Shown: positions 1-10,106 of the stretch, piece after piece
How positions within the stretch are numbered: the stretch's first letter is position 1
How the letters are laid out: the number at the start of each line of letters is the position of its first letter
DNA from: Nitrospira sp.
GTDB taxonomy: Bacteria > Nitrospirota > Nitrospiria > Nitrospirales > Nitrospiraceae
Length of the DNA: 64,000 nt
Direction: 5' to 3'
Assembly: GCA_047150005.1 (NCBI GenBank)
Contig: AP038806.1
Span: 3,616,001 to 3,680,000 of the forward strand
Translations under genes and position numbers: made by a program
The notes under the pieces: generated by a model
Told to the model about the DNA's origin: nothing
Databases searched by the model: none
The model's input: only the letters and a program-made list of their open reading frames with translations

Positions 1-2
1 AC

Positions 3-1112
3 GGCATCGACTACAACAAAGGCCAGGAGATTACGGCGGCGCTCTTCCCCAATCCCGTGGCCTTCATCGGCACGCTGAGCTCCTACACGCAGGGGTTCAA
101 CCTGAACAACAGCGGCCAGCTCGCCATGATCATGCAGCAGTTGTTCGAGCTGGCCGGTAAACGCGGCTATCGCATCGAGAGCGCCGCGTTCGGAACCCAA
201 TCCGCGGAAGCCGCGTTCGAGGATGCCCTGCGCCAGCTGGGCTTCACCGTCAAGGACACGTACTACCGCATCCAATTGGCGCAACGCCGGCTCAATCTGG
301 CCGAGGAGAACCGCGACCGATTCGCCCGCATTCTCGACATCAATACCATCCGTTTTAAGAAGGGTTACATCGCGGAAGTGGACTTGATCCGGATCCGGCT
401 CCAGATGGTCGATTTTCAATCCCAGGTCATCCAGTCCCTGCAGGAGGCCGAAGTGGCGCGCGGCGACCTGCGGCAACTCTTGAGGCTGTCCCCGAAGACG
501 ACCATGGAGCTGACCACCGACATGGACTTCCGGCGTATCGATCCGGACATCAACAAACTCCGGGTGACCGCGATCGACCTGCGGCCCGACGTCAAGGCCA
601 AACGGTTCGCCCAGTCGCAACGGGAGTCCGACCTCCGGCTGGCCAAGGCCTATCGGGTTCCCGATGTCACCGTCGGCGCCGGCTACGAGATTCAAGGGTC
701 ACGGGGTCCGGACAATCCTCAGCAATGGGTGCTGAATTTCGGGATCCCCATCCCCCTGTTCAACCGGAATCAGGGCGGTATTCGACAAGCCGAGGTCGCG
801 GTCCAAACCGCGGAAGCGGACTTGAATAAGACGGTAAATCAGGTAGAAAATGAGGTCGAAGTCGCCTATCGAAACTTGATTCAAAGCCGCCGGTTGGTCG
901 AAGCGTTTGTCGGCGGCATTCTCGACGACGCCCGATCGACCTTGACGATCGTCGAACGTGCGTATGAACGGGGAGGGGCCACTATTCTCGACCTACTCGA
1001 TGCAGCGCGCACCTCCCGCACCATTCAACAGAATTACATCGAGGCCCTCTTCACCTATCAGCACAATCTGTTTCAATTGGAAAGCGCGGTGGGTCAGGAG
1101 ATTCGCTCGTGA
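3..1112 (+). CDS. TolC/CzcC-family outer membrane efflux protein (5' truncated by window edge)
   Basis: Frame is open back to the window start (GIDYNKGQEITAALFPNP...); OEP-type helical repeats, IPIPLFNRNQG and ILDLLDA motifs; upstream of MFP and RND genes. Confidence 0.9.
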   Translation, partial: GIDYNKGQEITAALFPNPVAFIGTLSSYTQGFNLNNSGQLAMIMQQLFELAGKRGYRIESAAFGTQSAEAAFEDALRQLGFTVKDTYYRIQLAQRRLNLAEENRDRFARILDINTIRFKKGYIAEVDLIRIRLQMVDFQSQVIQSLQEAEVARGDLRQLLRLSPKTTMELTTDMDFRRIDPDINKLRVTAIDLRPDVKAKRFAQSQRESDLRLAKAYRVPDVTVGAGYEIQGSRGPDNPQQWVLNFGIPIPLFNRNQGGIRQAEVAVQTAEADLNKTVNQVENEVEVAYRNLIQSRRLVEAFVGGILDDARSTLTIVERAYERGGATILDLLDAARTSRTIQQNYIEALFTYQHNLFQLESAVGQEIRS

Positions 1113-2263
1113 ACTCAGGAAAGGTTTTCTCAACCTTCACCTTAGCCGTAACCTCAGCCTGCGTCCTCTTGTCCGCCTGCGGCCGTGCGGATCAGCCGCC
1201 TCATTCCAACGCCGCCATTCCTCCGAAGGCCGTCACGCAGCCAGTCGATTCAGGACCACGGGTCGAAATCGGCACCGTCGAAATGGGGTCCGGCGAGCAC
1301 GACCTGAGCCTGTCGGGGAAGGTTGCCTACGGAGAGGATCGGTATTCCCGCATTTCCTCGCCCCTGCAGGGACGGGTGGTCGAGGTCCGCGCCCACCTGG
1401 GCGATCGGGTCAAGGCCGGAGACGTCGTTCTGGTGGTGGACAGCCCGGACATTGCCCAGGCCTACTCGGAGTACGTCAAGGAGGATTCCGACCTCCAGTA
1501 CGCGATCCGGGCGCATGAACTGGCGAAAGACCTCTACGAGAACAAGGCCTTGCCGCTGAAGGATCTCAAGCTGACCGAGAACGAGCTGGTCAAGGCCCGT
1601 GCCGAGTTCCGTCGAGCCAAAGAGCGCCTGTTATCCCTCAAGGTTCCCCCGGAAGAGCTGAACAAGCCGTTGGACAAACAGAAGATCACATCGCGGTTCG
1701 AAATGAAGAGCCCGTTGGCCGGCATCGTCGTCGAACGTGCCGTCACGCCGGGTCAGTCCGTCGGCGGCGATCCGGGCCAAGTCCTCTTCACGGTGGCCGA
1801 TCTTGCCATGCTGCAGGTAGTGGCGGATGTCTACGAGCGTGACCTGGCCCTGGTCAAGGAGGGACAGTACGCCAAAGTGATGGTCGAAGCCTATCCGGGC
1901 ATCGCCTTCCCGGCCACGGTCGCAGCCATCGGCGACGTCGTCGATCCGACCACCAGAACCATCAAGCTGCGCGCCTGGGTGAACAATCAGGAGAACAAAC
2001 TCAAGCCGGAAATGTTCGCCCGTCTGGTCCTGCGCGTGGGCGGCACAACCCCGCTTCTGACGATCCCCAGAGAGGCGGTACTCGAGGTCGAGGGCAAACA
2101 GTTCGTCTACCTCGTCGAGGGGGACAACCGGTACGTGAAACGGGAAGTGACCGTCACGCCGATCTCGCCCGACCAGGTTCGCGTCGTAGAGGGTTTGGCC
2201 TCCGGGCAGCGGATCGTCATCAAGGGCGCGGTCCTCATCAAAGGACAGGAAGCCAAAGGATAG
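1109..2263 (+). CDS. RND efflux periplasmic adaptor (CzcB/CusB-like membrane fusion protein)
   Basis: Lipoprotein-like N-terminus (LSAC), GRVVEV..GDRVKAGD lipoyl-like halves, VDPTTRT and LKPEMF motifs; overlaps the upstream stop. Confidence 0.92.
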   Translation: MNSGKVFSTFTLAVTSACVLLSACGRADQPPHSNAAIPPKAVTQPVDSGPRVEIGTVEMGSGEHDLSLSGKVAYGEDRYSRISSPLQGRVVEVRAHLGDRVKAGDVVLVVDSPDIAQAYSEYVKEDSDLQYAIRAHELAKDLYENKALPLKDLKLTENELVKARAEFRRAKERLLSLKVPPEELNKPLDKQKITSRFEMKSPLAGIVVERAVTPGQSVGGDPGQVLFTVADLAMLQVVADVYERDLALVKEGQYAKVMVEAYPGIAFPATVAAIGDVVDPTTRTIKLRAWVNNQENKLKPEMFARLVLRVGGTTPLLTIPREAVLEVEGKQFVYLVEGDNRYVKREVTVTPISPDQVRVVEGLASGQRIVIKGAVLIKGQEAKG

Positions 2264-2313
2264 TCGATCTTGCCGACAGCCCCTCGTTCTTCATCGGACA
2301 GCCACCCCTCCAT

Positions 2314-5300
2314 ATGATCGCCCGCATTGTCGAAATCTCCCTGGTCCAACGGTTCCTGCTGTGCACGTTGGGCTTGGCCCTGCTCTTCGGCGGCCTCTAC
2401 GCCTTTCATCTTCTCGACATCGTAGCCTATCCGGACCCGTCTCCCCCCATGGTCGAGCTGATCACTCAGAATCCTGGCTGGTCGTCCGAGGAAATGGAAC
2501 GCCAGATCACGATTCCGATCGAGGTTGCGCTGACCGGCATGCCTGGTCTCAAGGACGTCCGGTCCCTCTCAATCTTCGGCTTGAGCGACATCAAGGTCTA
2601 CTTCGACTTCGGGACGGATATTTTCCGCGACCGGCAGGAGGTGCTGAACCGGCTGATGTCGGTGCAACTGCCGAACGGGGTGCAACCGAGCCTGTCGCCC
2701 TGGTGGGCCATCGCGGAAATCTATCGATACGAGCTGACCGGCTCGGGCACGACGTCGTTGACCGATCTCAAGACGATTCAGGACTGGCAGGTGCGACGCG
2801 AGTTCCGGCGCGTCCCCGGCGTGATCGACGTGACGGCCTTCGGCGGGACGACGAAGGAATACCACATCGACATCGATCCAGGAAAACTGATCTCCTACGG
2901 CGTGAGCCTGTCCCAGGTCATGCAGGCCCTCGCCAACAGCAACGCCAACGTCGGAGGCAACTATCTGACAGTCGGTTCACAAAACTACAATATTCGAGGT
3001 CTCGGACTCATCGACGACCTCAAGGACATCGAAAACGTCATGGTGACGGCCAAGGACGGCACGCCGGTGTTCGTGAAATCGCTCGGCACCGTCTCCATCG
3101 GCCATCGTGTGCGTCTTGGGAAGGTCGGCATCGACGATCGGGACGACGTCGTGGAAGGCGTGGTGCTGCTCCAACGCGGCTACAAGGCCCTGCCAGTCCT
3201 CGACAGCGTCCGAGCCAAGGTGCAGGACCTGAATTCCTGGAAACTGCCGGCAGGGGTGAAGGTCACGACGTTTTATGACCGGACGGCGCTGATCCATACG
3301 ACCGTTGAGACCGTGACGGATATTCTCATCGGCGGCATGGTGCTGGTGTTCCTGATTCTCTTCGTGTTCCTGGGACATTTCCGCGCTGCCCTGATCGTCG
3401 CCCTGACCATCCCCCTCTCGCTGCTGTTCACGTTCAGCATGATGGTCCTGGTCGGCCAATCGGCCAATCTCATCTCGCTCGGCTCGATCGACTTCGGCAT
3501 CATCGTGGACGCCACCCTCATCATGGTGGAAAGCATCTTCTTTCACCTGGCGCATGCGAAGACTCAGAACCTCACGGTCAACCAGCACATCGTACGTGCC
3601 GCACGTCAGGTCGGGCGGCCCATCTTCTTTTCGACGGCGATCATCGTCGTGGCCTTCATTCCGCTGTTCACGATGACGGGAGTACCCGGCAAGATTTTCG
3701 CGCCGATGTCCGTGACATATGGATTCGCCTTGGTCGGGGCCTTGATCATGGCCTTTACCCTCGCGCCCGTCCTCTGTTCGTTTCTGCTGCGGGGACCGCT
3801 CAGCGAAGAGGATACGGCGGTCGTCCGGGTGGTCCGACGCCTGTATCACCGCATTCTCGGCTTCTCGCTCGACCACCGCCTCCTGGTCCTGGGCGTGGCG
3901 GCAAGCCTGCTGTTCCTGACCTTTGTGGCGCTGCAATCCCTTGGCGGGGAGTTCATGCCGGCTCTGGAGGAAGGCAACCTCTGGGTGCGCGCGACGATGC
4001 CGGTGGACATCTCCTTTCAGCAGGCCGCCCGCCTGGCCGGCGACATCCGGGGAATGTTTCGTGACTCACCGGAGGTGACAACCGTCGTCTCGCAGTTGGG
4101 CCGGCCCGATGACGGGACGGACCCGACCAGTTTCTTCAACGCGGAGTTTCTCGCCAACTTGAAGCCGCAAAAGGAATGGCGCTCCGGCCTGGACAAGGAC
4201 GGATTGATCGCGGAAATCGAAGGCCGGCTGCACAAGATCCCAGGGGTCATTTTCAACTTTTCCCAGGTCATCCAGGACAACGTCGAGGAAGCCATGTCGG
4301 GGGTCAAGGGAGAAAACTCGATCAAGCTGTTCGGCCGCGACCTCAAAACCTTGGAATCCAAGGCCGTGGAAATCGAGAGCGTCATGAAGGATATCAAAGG
4401 GGTGAAGGATCTCGGCATTTTCCGACTCGTCGGCCAGCCAAACCTCTTGATCCAAGTGGACCGCGAAACCAGCGCGCGATACGGGCTCCAGGTGGCGGAC
4501 GTCAATGCCGTGGTACAGGCGGCGGTCGGCGGCCAGGCGGTCACGCAGGTCTTTGAAGGCGAACGCCTGATCGATCTAGTGGTGCGGTTCATGCCGGAGT
4601 TCCGCCAAGACGTCGAGTCCATCAGCAACATCCTCGTAAGCACGCCGGACGGCGCGCGCATTCCGTTAAAGCAGCTGGCCACGATCACGTCTCAAACGGG
4701 GGCCTTCATCATTTATCGGGAAAACAACGAGCGTTACATTCCCATCAAATTCAGCGTGCGCGAGCGTGATCTGCAGAGCACGGTGGAAGAAGCCCAGGCC
4801 AGATTGGCGAAAGAGGTGACACTGCCGGAACGGTATCGCATGGAATGGGCAGGGCAATACGATCAGCTGAAGGACGAGCAGAAACGGCTGGTGACCATCG
4901 TGCCGGTCAGTCTGGTGATCATTCTGTTCCTGCTGTATACGACGTTCGACTCGCTGAGAAATGCGTTGTTGGTGCTGGCGACGGTGCCGTTCGCCCTCGT
5001 CGGCGGCGTGCTCTCACTGGTGTTGACGCAGACACACTTCAGTATTTCGGCGGCCGTCGGAGTGATCTCCACCCTGGGTGTGGCGATCCTCGGCGGCGTC
5101 TTGTTGATTTCACGGATCGAAGAATTTCGCATGACCGGCGCAAGTCTTCGGGAAGCGGTCATCAAAGGGGCCGACGTGCAAATGCGGCCGATCCTCATGG
5201 CCACGTTGGGGGCGGCCATCGGATTGCTGCCGGCGGCCATGGCGACAGGGATCGGCTCCCAGGCCCAGAAACCGCTGGCCCGCGTGGTGGTCGGCGGGAT

Positions 5301-5385
5301 GCTGACCGCGGCGTTTTTGATTTTGGTCGTATTACCGGTATTATATGAGTTGGTCCATCGACGATGGAACGACACAGACGAATGA
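2314..5385 (+). CDS. czcA: CusA/CzcA-family heavy-metal RND efflux pump
   Basis: 1023 aa; EEMERQITIPIE, SLGSIDFGIIVD, RPILMAT, QKPLARVVVGG motifs of HME-RND pumps. Confidence 0.92.
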   Translation: MIARIVEISLVQRFLLCTLGLALLFGGLYAFHLLDIVAYPDPSPPMVELITQNPGWSSEEMERQITIPIEVALTGMPGLKDVRSLSIFGLSDIKVYFDFGTDIFRDRQEVLNRLMSVQLPNGVQPSLSPWWAIAEIYRYELTGSGTTSLTDLKTIQDWQVRREFRRVPGVIDVTAFGGTTKEYHIDIDPGKLISYGVSLSQVMQALANSNANVGGNYLTVGSQNYNIRGLGLIDDLKDIENVMVTAKDGTPVFVKSLGTVSIGHRVRLGKVGIDDRDDVVEGVVLLQRGYKALPVLDSVRAKVQDLNSWKLPAGVKVTTFYDRTALIHTTVETVTDILIGGMVLVFLILFVFLGHFRAALIVALTIPLSLLFTFSMMVLVGQSANLISLGSIDFGIIVDATLIMVESIFFHLAHAKTQNLTVNQHIVRAARQVGRPIFFSTAIIVVAFIPLFTMTGVPGKIFAPMSVTYGFALVGALIMAFTLAPVLCSFLLRGPLSEEDTAVVRVVRRLYHRILGFSLDHRLLVLGVAASLLFLTFVALQSLGGEFMPALEEGNLWVRATMPVDISFQQAARLAGDIRGMFRDSPEVTTVVSQLGRPDDGTDPTSFFNAEFLANLKPQKEWRSGLDKDGLIAEIEGRLHKIPGVIFNFSQVIQDNVEEAMSGVKGENSIKLFGRDLKTLESKAVEIESVMKDIKGVKDLGIFRLVGQPNLLIQVDRETSARYGLQVADVNAVVQAAVGGQAVTQVFEGERLIDLVVRFMPEFRQDVESISNILVSTPDGARIPLKQLATITSQTGAFIIYRENNERYIPIKFSVRERDLQSTVEEAQARLAKEVTLPERYRMEWAGQYDQLKDEQKRLVTIVPVSLVIILFLLYTTFDSLRNALLVLATVPFALVGGVLSLVLTQTHFSISAAVGVISTLGVAILGGVLLISRIEEFRMTGASLREAVIKGADVQMRPILMATLGAAIGLLPAAMATGIGSQAQKPLARVVVGGMLTAAFLILVVLPVLYELVHRRWNDTDE

Positions 5386-5406
5386 TCTCTGACGAAAGGG
5401 GAACCA

Positions 5407-6204
5407 GTGCGCACCAGAATATGTAACGCCATCACCCGGGCGACTGCGGCGGCTTGTCTTGTCGCACCGCTGGCGGCATTCGCCGTCGAACGGCCCGCGC
5501 CGCTCCCGGTGCAGATGCCCTATGAGATGCCTCCGGCCACCCAGCACTCGCCGGCCGAGACCGTTCCGCAGAATACCAAACCGTTGAGCCCGGAGGAATT
5601 GCAGCGGGCGGAAGCCCTGCTGCCGCTGCTGGAGGGAAAGCAGGAATTCTGGGCTATGGGCGAGTTCGTGCATCTGGGCGAGCCGGCGGTGCCGGTGCTC
5701 GTGAAGGCGCTCACGATGCCGGGTCCCAGAATCCGCTACAACGCGATCGAAACCCTGTCCATGCTGAAGGCGCCGGCCGCCGTCCCGGCGTTGATTACGA
5801 CCGCCAAAGATCCGAACGAGATTCCCCGCGTGCGCGAGCATGCGCTCCGAGTGTCGATTCGACTGGACCCGTCCAAGACGCCCGAAGCGATTCAGGTCAT
5901 GTCGAAGGACCCCAATTCATCGATTCGGAAGACCGCCGCATTCGAAGCTCGGTATGTGAGGGACAAGGCGGTCATCCCGATCCTGATCGACATGATCGCC
6001 GACGATGAGCGCTTCGTGGGGCTGTCGGCCGTGCAGTCTCTCTGGATTCTGACGCGCCACGAAACCGAATTTCACGATTGGGAGACCTCGACCAAAGAGG
6101 ACCGAACGCAGTGGACCAGGGAATGGATCGAATGGTGGAACATCGAAAAAGACTCGTTCCAGCTTCCCGAGCCGAGGCGTCGTTCCGCACCCCAACCAGG
6201 ATGA
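5407..6204 (+). CDS. Exported HEAT-repeat protein
   Basis: Signal-peptide-like N-terminus; repeated AVP.L...L..P...IR..A helical units. Confidence 0.75.
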   Translation: MRTRICNAITRATAAACLVAPLAAFAVERPAPLPVQMPYEMPPATQHSPAETVPQNTKPLSPEELQRAEALLPLLEGKQEFWAMGEFVHLGEPAVPVLVKALTMPGPRIRYNAIETLSMLKAPAAVPALITTAKDPNEIPRVREHALRVSIRLDPSKTPEAIQVMSKDPNSSIRKTAAFEARYVRDKAVIPILIDMIADDERFVGLSAVQSLWILTRHETEFHDWETSTKEDRTQWTREWIEWWNIEKDSFQLPEPRRRSAPQPG

Positions 6205-6298
6205 GGCGCGCCTTGCGGCAGCGAAAATCGCTATGTTATATGTGAAGATCCGACGCGTGGTGTTCCGTGCACGGTGACGAAAGGATGTCCGTCGACTT

Positions 6299-6829
6299 AT
6301 GGCAGTGCTTCCCATCGCAAAACTCGGCAATCCGATCCTGCGCAAGGTCGCGGTTCCGGTAGATGTCCGCGAGATCCACACCAAGGAATTCCAGCAGCTG
6401 ATCGACGACCTGTTCGAAACCATGCTGGAGGAGCCCGGCATCGGTTTGGCTGCTCCCCAAGTCTCCCGTTCGATCCAATTGGTCGTGATGGGATGCGAAG
6501 GGGAGGGGGGATTTCCTGAGACGACCTTGATCAATCCCAAAATCGTCTATTACGGCCCGCAACAAGCCGAAAATTGGGAAGGCTGCCTGAGCGTCGACGG
6601 TCTGCGCGGCAAGGTAATCAGGCCCTCGGTCATCCGAGTTCAAGCCCTGGACCGCGACGGCAAGACCGTCGACATCGAAGCGGACGGGCTGTACGCCGTT
6701 TGCATCCAACATGAAAGCGACCATCTCATCGGCAAACTGTTCCTGGATCGGATGACGGACCTGTCCACGCTCACGCAACTGACGGAATTCGACAAGTACT
6801 GGCGGAAGGAACCGACTCCGGTCATCTGA
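6299..6829 (+). CDS. def: Peptide deformylase
   Basis: GIGLAAPQV, EGCLS, QHESDHLIG motifs. Confidence 0.97.
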   Translation: MAVLPIAKLGNPILRKVAVPVDVREIHTKEFQQLIDDLFETMLEEPGIGLAAPQVSRSIQLVVMGCEGEGGFPETTLINPKIVYYGPQQAENWEGCLSVDGLRGKVIRPSVIRVQALDRDGKTVDIEADGLYAVCIQHESDHLIGKLFLDRMTDLSTLTQLTEFDKYWRKEPTPVI

Positions 6830-6871
6830 ACGGTCCATCCCCGGCCTTGGCCTTGACCCTGGCAAATCGTT

Positions 6872-8596
6872 GTGAAATCCCTCTTGCGTGTCCTACAGTA
6901 TCTGCGGCCTCATCGCGGCCTGGCGGCCGCCACGTTGCTGTGCGCCTTGTGCGCCACCGCCATGGAATTGGTGCCGCCTTGGATCGTCAAGATCGTCATC
7001 GACGACGTGATTCAAGCCAAGCAGGAAGCGCTGCTTCCCTGGGCGCTCGCCGGGCTCGTGGCCGCCTATATCGGCAAGAACGTGTTTGCCTCCCTGCGGA
7101 TCCGATTGAACAACACCCTGGAACAGACCGTCGTGCACGAACTCCGCAGTCACCTCTTCGCGGCGGTCCAACGGCTCTCGGTCACATACTTCGAGAATCG
7201 CTCGACCGGCGAAATCATGTCGCGCTTGACGAACGACACCGAGCATGTGGAGCGCATCTTCATCGATGGAGTGGAAGCGGCGCTCACGGCCTCTCTGACG
7301 CTGATCGGCATCACGGTCATGCTCTTCGCGCTGAACTGGAAACTGGCGGTGCTGTCCCTGGTGCCGATTCCCTTCCTCATGTGGTCGGCCGGCCGATTCA
7401 CTACGAAGGTGCACGGGTTTTACCATGACATCCGCCAAGGCGCGGCCGAGATCAGCGGATACCTTCAGGACGCCCTCTCGGGTATCCGGGAGACCATGGG
7501 ATTCGGCAGACAGGCGCACGAGCAGGAGCGGTTCGACCGTCTGAGCCAAGCCTATAGCGCCGCCAATCTTAAGGCGATGTACCTGTGGTCTCTCTATTCA
7601 CCCGGCATGATTCTCGTGGGAAGCCTCGGCGCCGTGCTCATTCTCTGGTACGGAACGGGGGAGGTCTCGGCCGGACGATTGACCCTCGGCGAGCTGGTGC
7701 TCTTCCTCTCATACTTAAGCTTGTTCTATGTCCCCATCAATCAGATTCATTCCGTGAACCACCTGCTGCAACATGCTTTGGCGGCCAGCGATCGGGTCTT
7801 CGAGGTGCTGGATACGAAGCCCGAAGTGGCCGATGCGCCGGGTGCGTCGGCTCCGGCGCACAAGGCGCGCGGCGAGGTGCGGTTCGACCGCGTCGAGTTT
7901 CGGTACCGGCCGGATGTGTCGGTTCTGGACGGGTTGTCCGTCTCGGTCTCGGCCGGGGAACGCATCGCGTTGGTCGGGCCCAGCGGCGCCGGCAAGAGCA
8001 CCTTGCTCAAGTTGCTGATGCGGTTCTACGACGTCACGGGCGGTGCGGTGTTGATCGACGACCAGGACGTCAGGGACATGCCGCTCGATTATCTACGCCG
8101 CCAGATCGGCTACGTTCAGCAGGAGCCCTTTCTCTTCAACGGGACGGTACGAGAGAATATCCTCTACGGCGATTTGACGGCGACCGATGAGCGCATGGAA
8201 GCGGCGGCACGGGCGGCGCGGGCCCATGACTTCATCCTCGACCTTCCCGAGGGGTACGAAACCAGAATCGGAGAGCGAGGCGTGAAGCTCTCGGTCGGTC
8301 AAAAACAGCGGGTGTCGATCGCCCGGGTCCTGCTCAAGAATCCGCCGATCGTGATCTTCGACGAGGCCACCTCGAATATCGATACTGAAACAGAAGTGAA
8401 GATCCGCGAAGCCTTGAACGAATTGACCAAGGGACGCACCACCTTCATCATCGCGCATCGGCTGACGACGCTCCATGACGTGGATCGGATCTTGGTGATC
8501 GAGAGGGGGCGCCTCGTAGAGCAGGGAACTCACGCCAGGCTCATGGCGCAGGGCGGAGTCTACGCCGGGCTGTACGAAGCGCAGTTCCAGACATAG
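6872..8596 (+). CDS. ABC exporter, fused permease/ATP-binding protein
   Basis: N-terminal TM domain, Walker A GPSGAGKST, signature LSVGQKQR, Walker B IVIFDEATS. Confidence 0.95.
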   Translation: MKSLLRVLQYLRPHRGLAAATLLCALCATAMELVPPWIVKIVIDDVIQAKQEALLPWALAGLVAAYIGKNVFASLRIRLNNTLEQTVVHELRSHLFAAVQRLSVTYFENRSTGEIMSRLTNDTEHVERIFIDGVEAALTASLTLIGITVMLFALNWKLAVLSLVPIPFLMWSAGRFTTKVHGFYHDIRQGAAEISGYLQDALSGIRETMGFGRQAHEQERFDRLSQAYSAANLKAMYLWSLYSPGMILVGSLGAVLILWYGTGEVSAGRLTLGELVLFLSYLSLFYVPINQIHSVNHLLQHALAASDRVFEVLDTKPEVADAPGASAPAHKARGEVRFDRVEFRYRPDVSVLDGLSVSVSAGERIALVGPSGAGKSTLLKLLMRFYDVTGGAVLIDDQDVRDMPLDYLRRQIGYVQQEPFLFNGTVRENILYGDLTATDERMEAAARAARAHDFILDLPEGYETRIGERGVKLSVGQKQRVSIARVLLKNPPIVIFDEATSNIDTETEVKIREALNELTKGRTTFIIAHRLTTLHDVDRILVIERGRLVEQGTHARLMAQGGVYAGLYEAQFQT

Positions 8597-8641
8597 CCCG
8601 GACCGCCCCCTCAGGCGTCGAGCCGACGCAACAGGAAGAAT

Positions 8642-8836
8642 ATGGTCTTGATCTACGAAAATGATCCGCTGGATAATGAGCATGCCCGAGGGCGGTTTTA
8701 TCACGTCTGTCGAGGGCGCGTGGACCGCACGGAACTTTCAATTCCACCGGTCGACCACCCACACGAATGTCCCGCCTGCGGCATCGATCTGGAAGCGGAG
8801 GATTTCTTCGTGGCCATGCAGAAGGGATCGGTTTAA
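8642..8836 (+). CDS. Small putative zinc-ribbon protein
   Basis: 64 aa, HVC...CPAC; AGGA RBS; stop overlaps next start (TAATG). Confidence 0.6.
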   Translation: MVLIYENDPLDNEHARGRFYHVCRGRVDRTELSIPPVDHPHECPACGIDLEAEDFFVAMQKGSV

Positions 8837-9051
8837 TGGCGATGAGCGGGAGTGCAGGGCGGAAAACGATCTCGGTGGCGCGGGGACTGATGATGCTCTG
8901 CGACAGTTGTCACAGTCAGGTTCTGCTTGAGAAGCTGGTGGATCACAAGAACTTCGTCGCGGACCACGAAGCCCTGTTCGATACGATCTGCATGGGCTGC
9001 ACGGACATCAATCGTCCGTTGATCGACGACATGCTGGGAAGCTCGGAATAA
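8836..9051 (+). CDS. Small Cys-rich protein
   Basis: ATG at 8836 coupled to upstream TAA; CDSC and CMGC pairs. Confidence 0.6.
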   Translation: MAMSGSAGRKTISVARGLMMLCDSCHSQVLLEKLVDHKNFVADHEALFDTICMGCTDINRPLIDDMLGSSE

Positions 9052-9081
9052 GAATAGTCGACTCTCTCGCCGGCTCGCCCA

Positions 9082-9408
9082 CTATTTGCAGCTCTTTCCG
9101 TCGAAATACATACAGGTTGACTCCCCGGATTTCACTTTCCACGTCTTGATCAGCGGCGGCTTTCCGTCACCGCGCATCTCTACGACGAAATCAACGAGTC
9201 CCGAGATCGGCAGCTTCTCCATGTGAGGCCATCCCGCTTCGGGCACCTCGATCCAGAACACCGACCCCAGTGTCGAAATGAGGATGCGATGGTTTTCAGG
9301 CTCAAGGTTGATGACGGGGCTGTAGAAGCTCTTGTCCTCGGCCAGCCCGGTGCTTTGCAGGATGAGAACCAGAAACCCGGCGAGAAGAATCGTACGCATG
9401 AACGGCAT
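9082..9408 (-). CDS. Exported hypothetical protein
   Basis: Signal peptide MPFMRTILLAGFLVLILQSTGLA; GGAG RBS upstream. Confidence 0.65.
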   Translation of the reverse strand: MPFMRTILLAGFLVLILQSTGLAEDKSFYSPVINLEPENHRILISTLGSVFWIEVPEAGWPHMEKLPISGLVDFVVEMRGDGKPPLIKTWKVKSGESTCMYFDGKSCK

Positions 9409-9553
9409 CACGATCGCTCCTTCCAATGAAAAGACATGATGAAAGGGCATTATCGCACCTGGGTCTTGAGAAGGAAACCGGAAATTCAGCGGTTCGAGAC
9501 GATAGGGTACCGGAACTCTCCCGGTGCGTGCCGTCGGTCTGTTGAGGCGGTCG

Positions 9554-10078
9554 TCAGGGGCCGGGCGAGAGCGTGGCCGGAGTGACGCGGCCTTGCTTGA
9601 TCCAATAGGCGCGGATGTCCGGATGAGCCTTATCTTGCAGTGAAATCAGCAGATACAGGGGCAGCGTGAGGTTCAAGCGCGCCCAGTTCTCTTCCCAGTC
9701 CTCGGCGATCTTGATATCCGTGATGGACGGACGGGCGGGATCATGGGGATGAGAATGATAGACCACTTGTAGCGTCAGGCCGTTGCTTCTGATGTCCTTG
9801 ACGGCCTGGAACATCTCTCTCGCATCCATGATGAAGGCGATCTCGGCGCGTTCTTCGGGAGAAAGCCGGGATAAGTGTTGGACCTTGGCTTCGTCGAAGG
9901 CCGCGGCATCGGCGGCGCCCTCGAGGCCGACGACATTCTTGATGCGGTACACGCGGCTGACGGTCTGCCCCGTGCCGGCCAGGAACCCGCAGCACTCATA
10001 GGGGTCCAGCGCCCGCGCGTGCTCCACGAGTTCATCGAGGATCGGCTGCGGAACGATCAGATCGGACACGATGACCAA
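9554..10078 (-). CDS. JAB/Mov34 (M67, Mec-like) metallopeptidase
   Basis: ECCG...YHSHPHDPARPSITD JAMM motif; last gene of sulfur-carrier cluster; start could be GTG 10069. Confidence 0.92.
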   Translation of the reverse strand: MVIVSDLIVPQPILDELVEHARALDPYECCGFLAGTGQTVSRVYRIKNVVGLEGAADAAAFDEAKVQHLSRLSPEERAEIAFIMDAREMFQAVKDIRSNGLTLQVVYHSHPHDPARPSITDIKIAEDWEENWARLNLTLPLYLLISLQDKAHPDIRAYWIKQGRVTPATLSPGP

Positions 10079-10106
10079 TCGCCTCTCGTCCGTCTCGGTT
10101 GATCGG

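Noticed and set aside
2361..5435. Alternative-frame and antisense ORFs inside czcA
   Set aside because: Overlap a clear conserved gene; Arg/Gly-rich shadow composition
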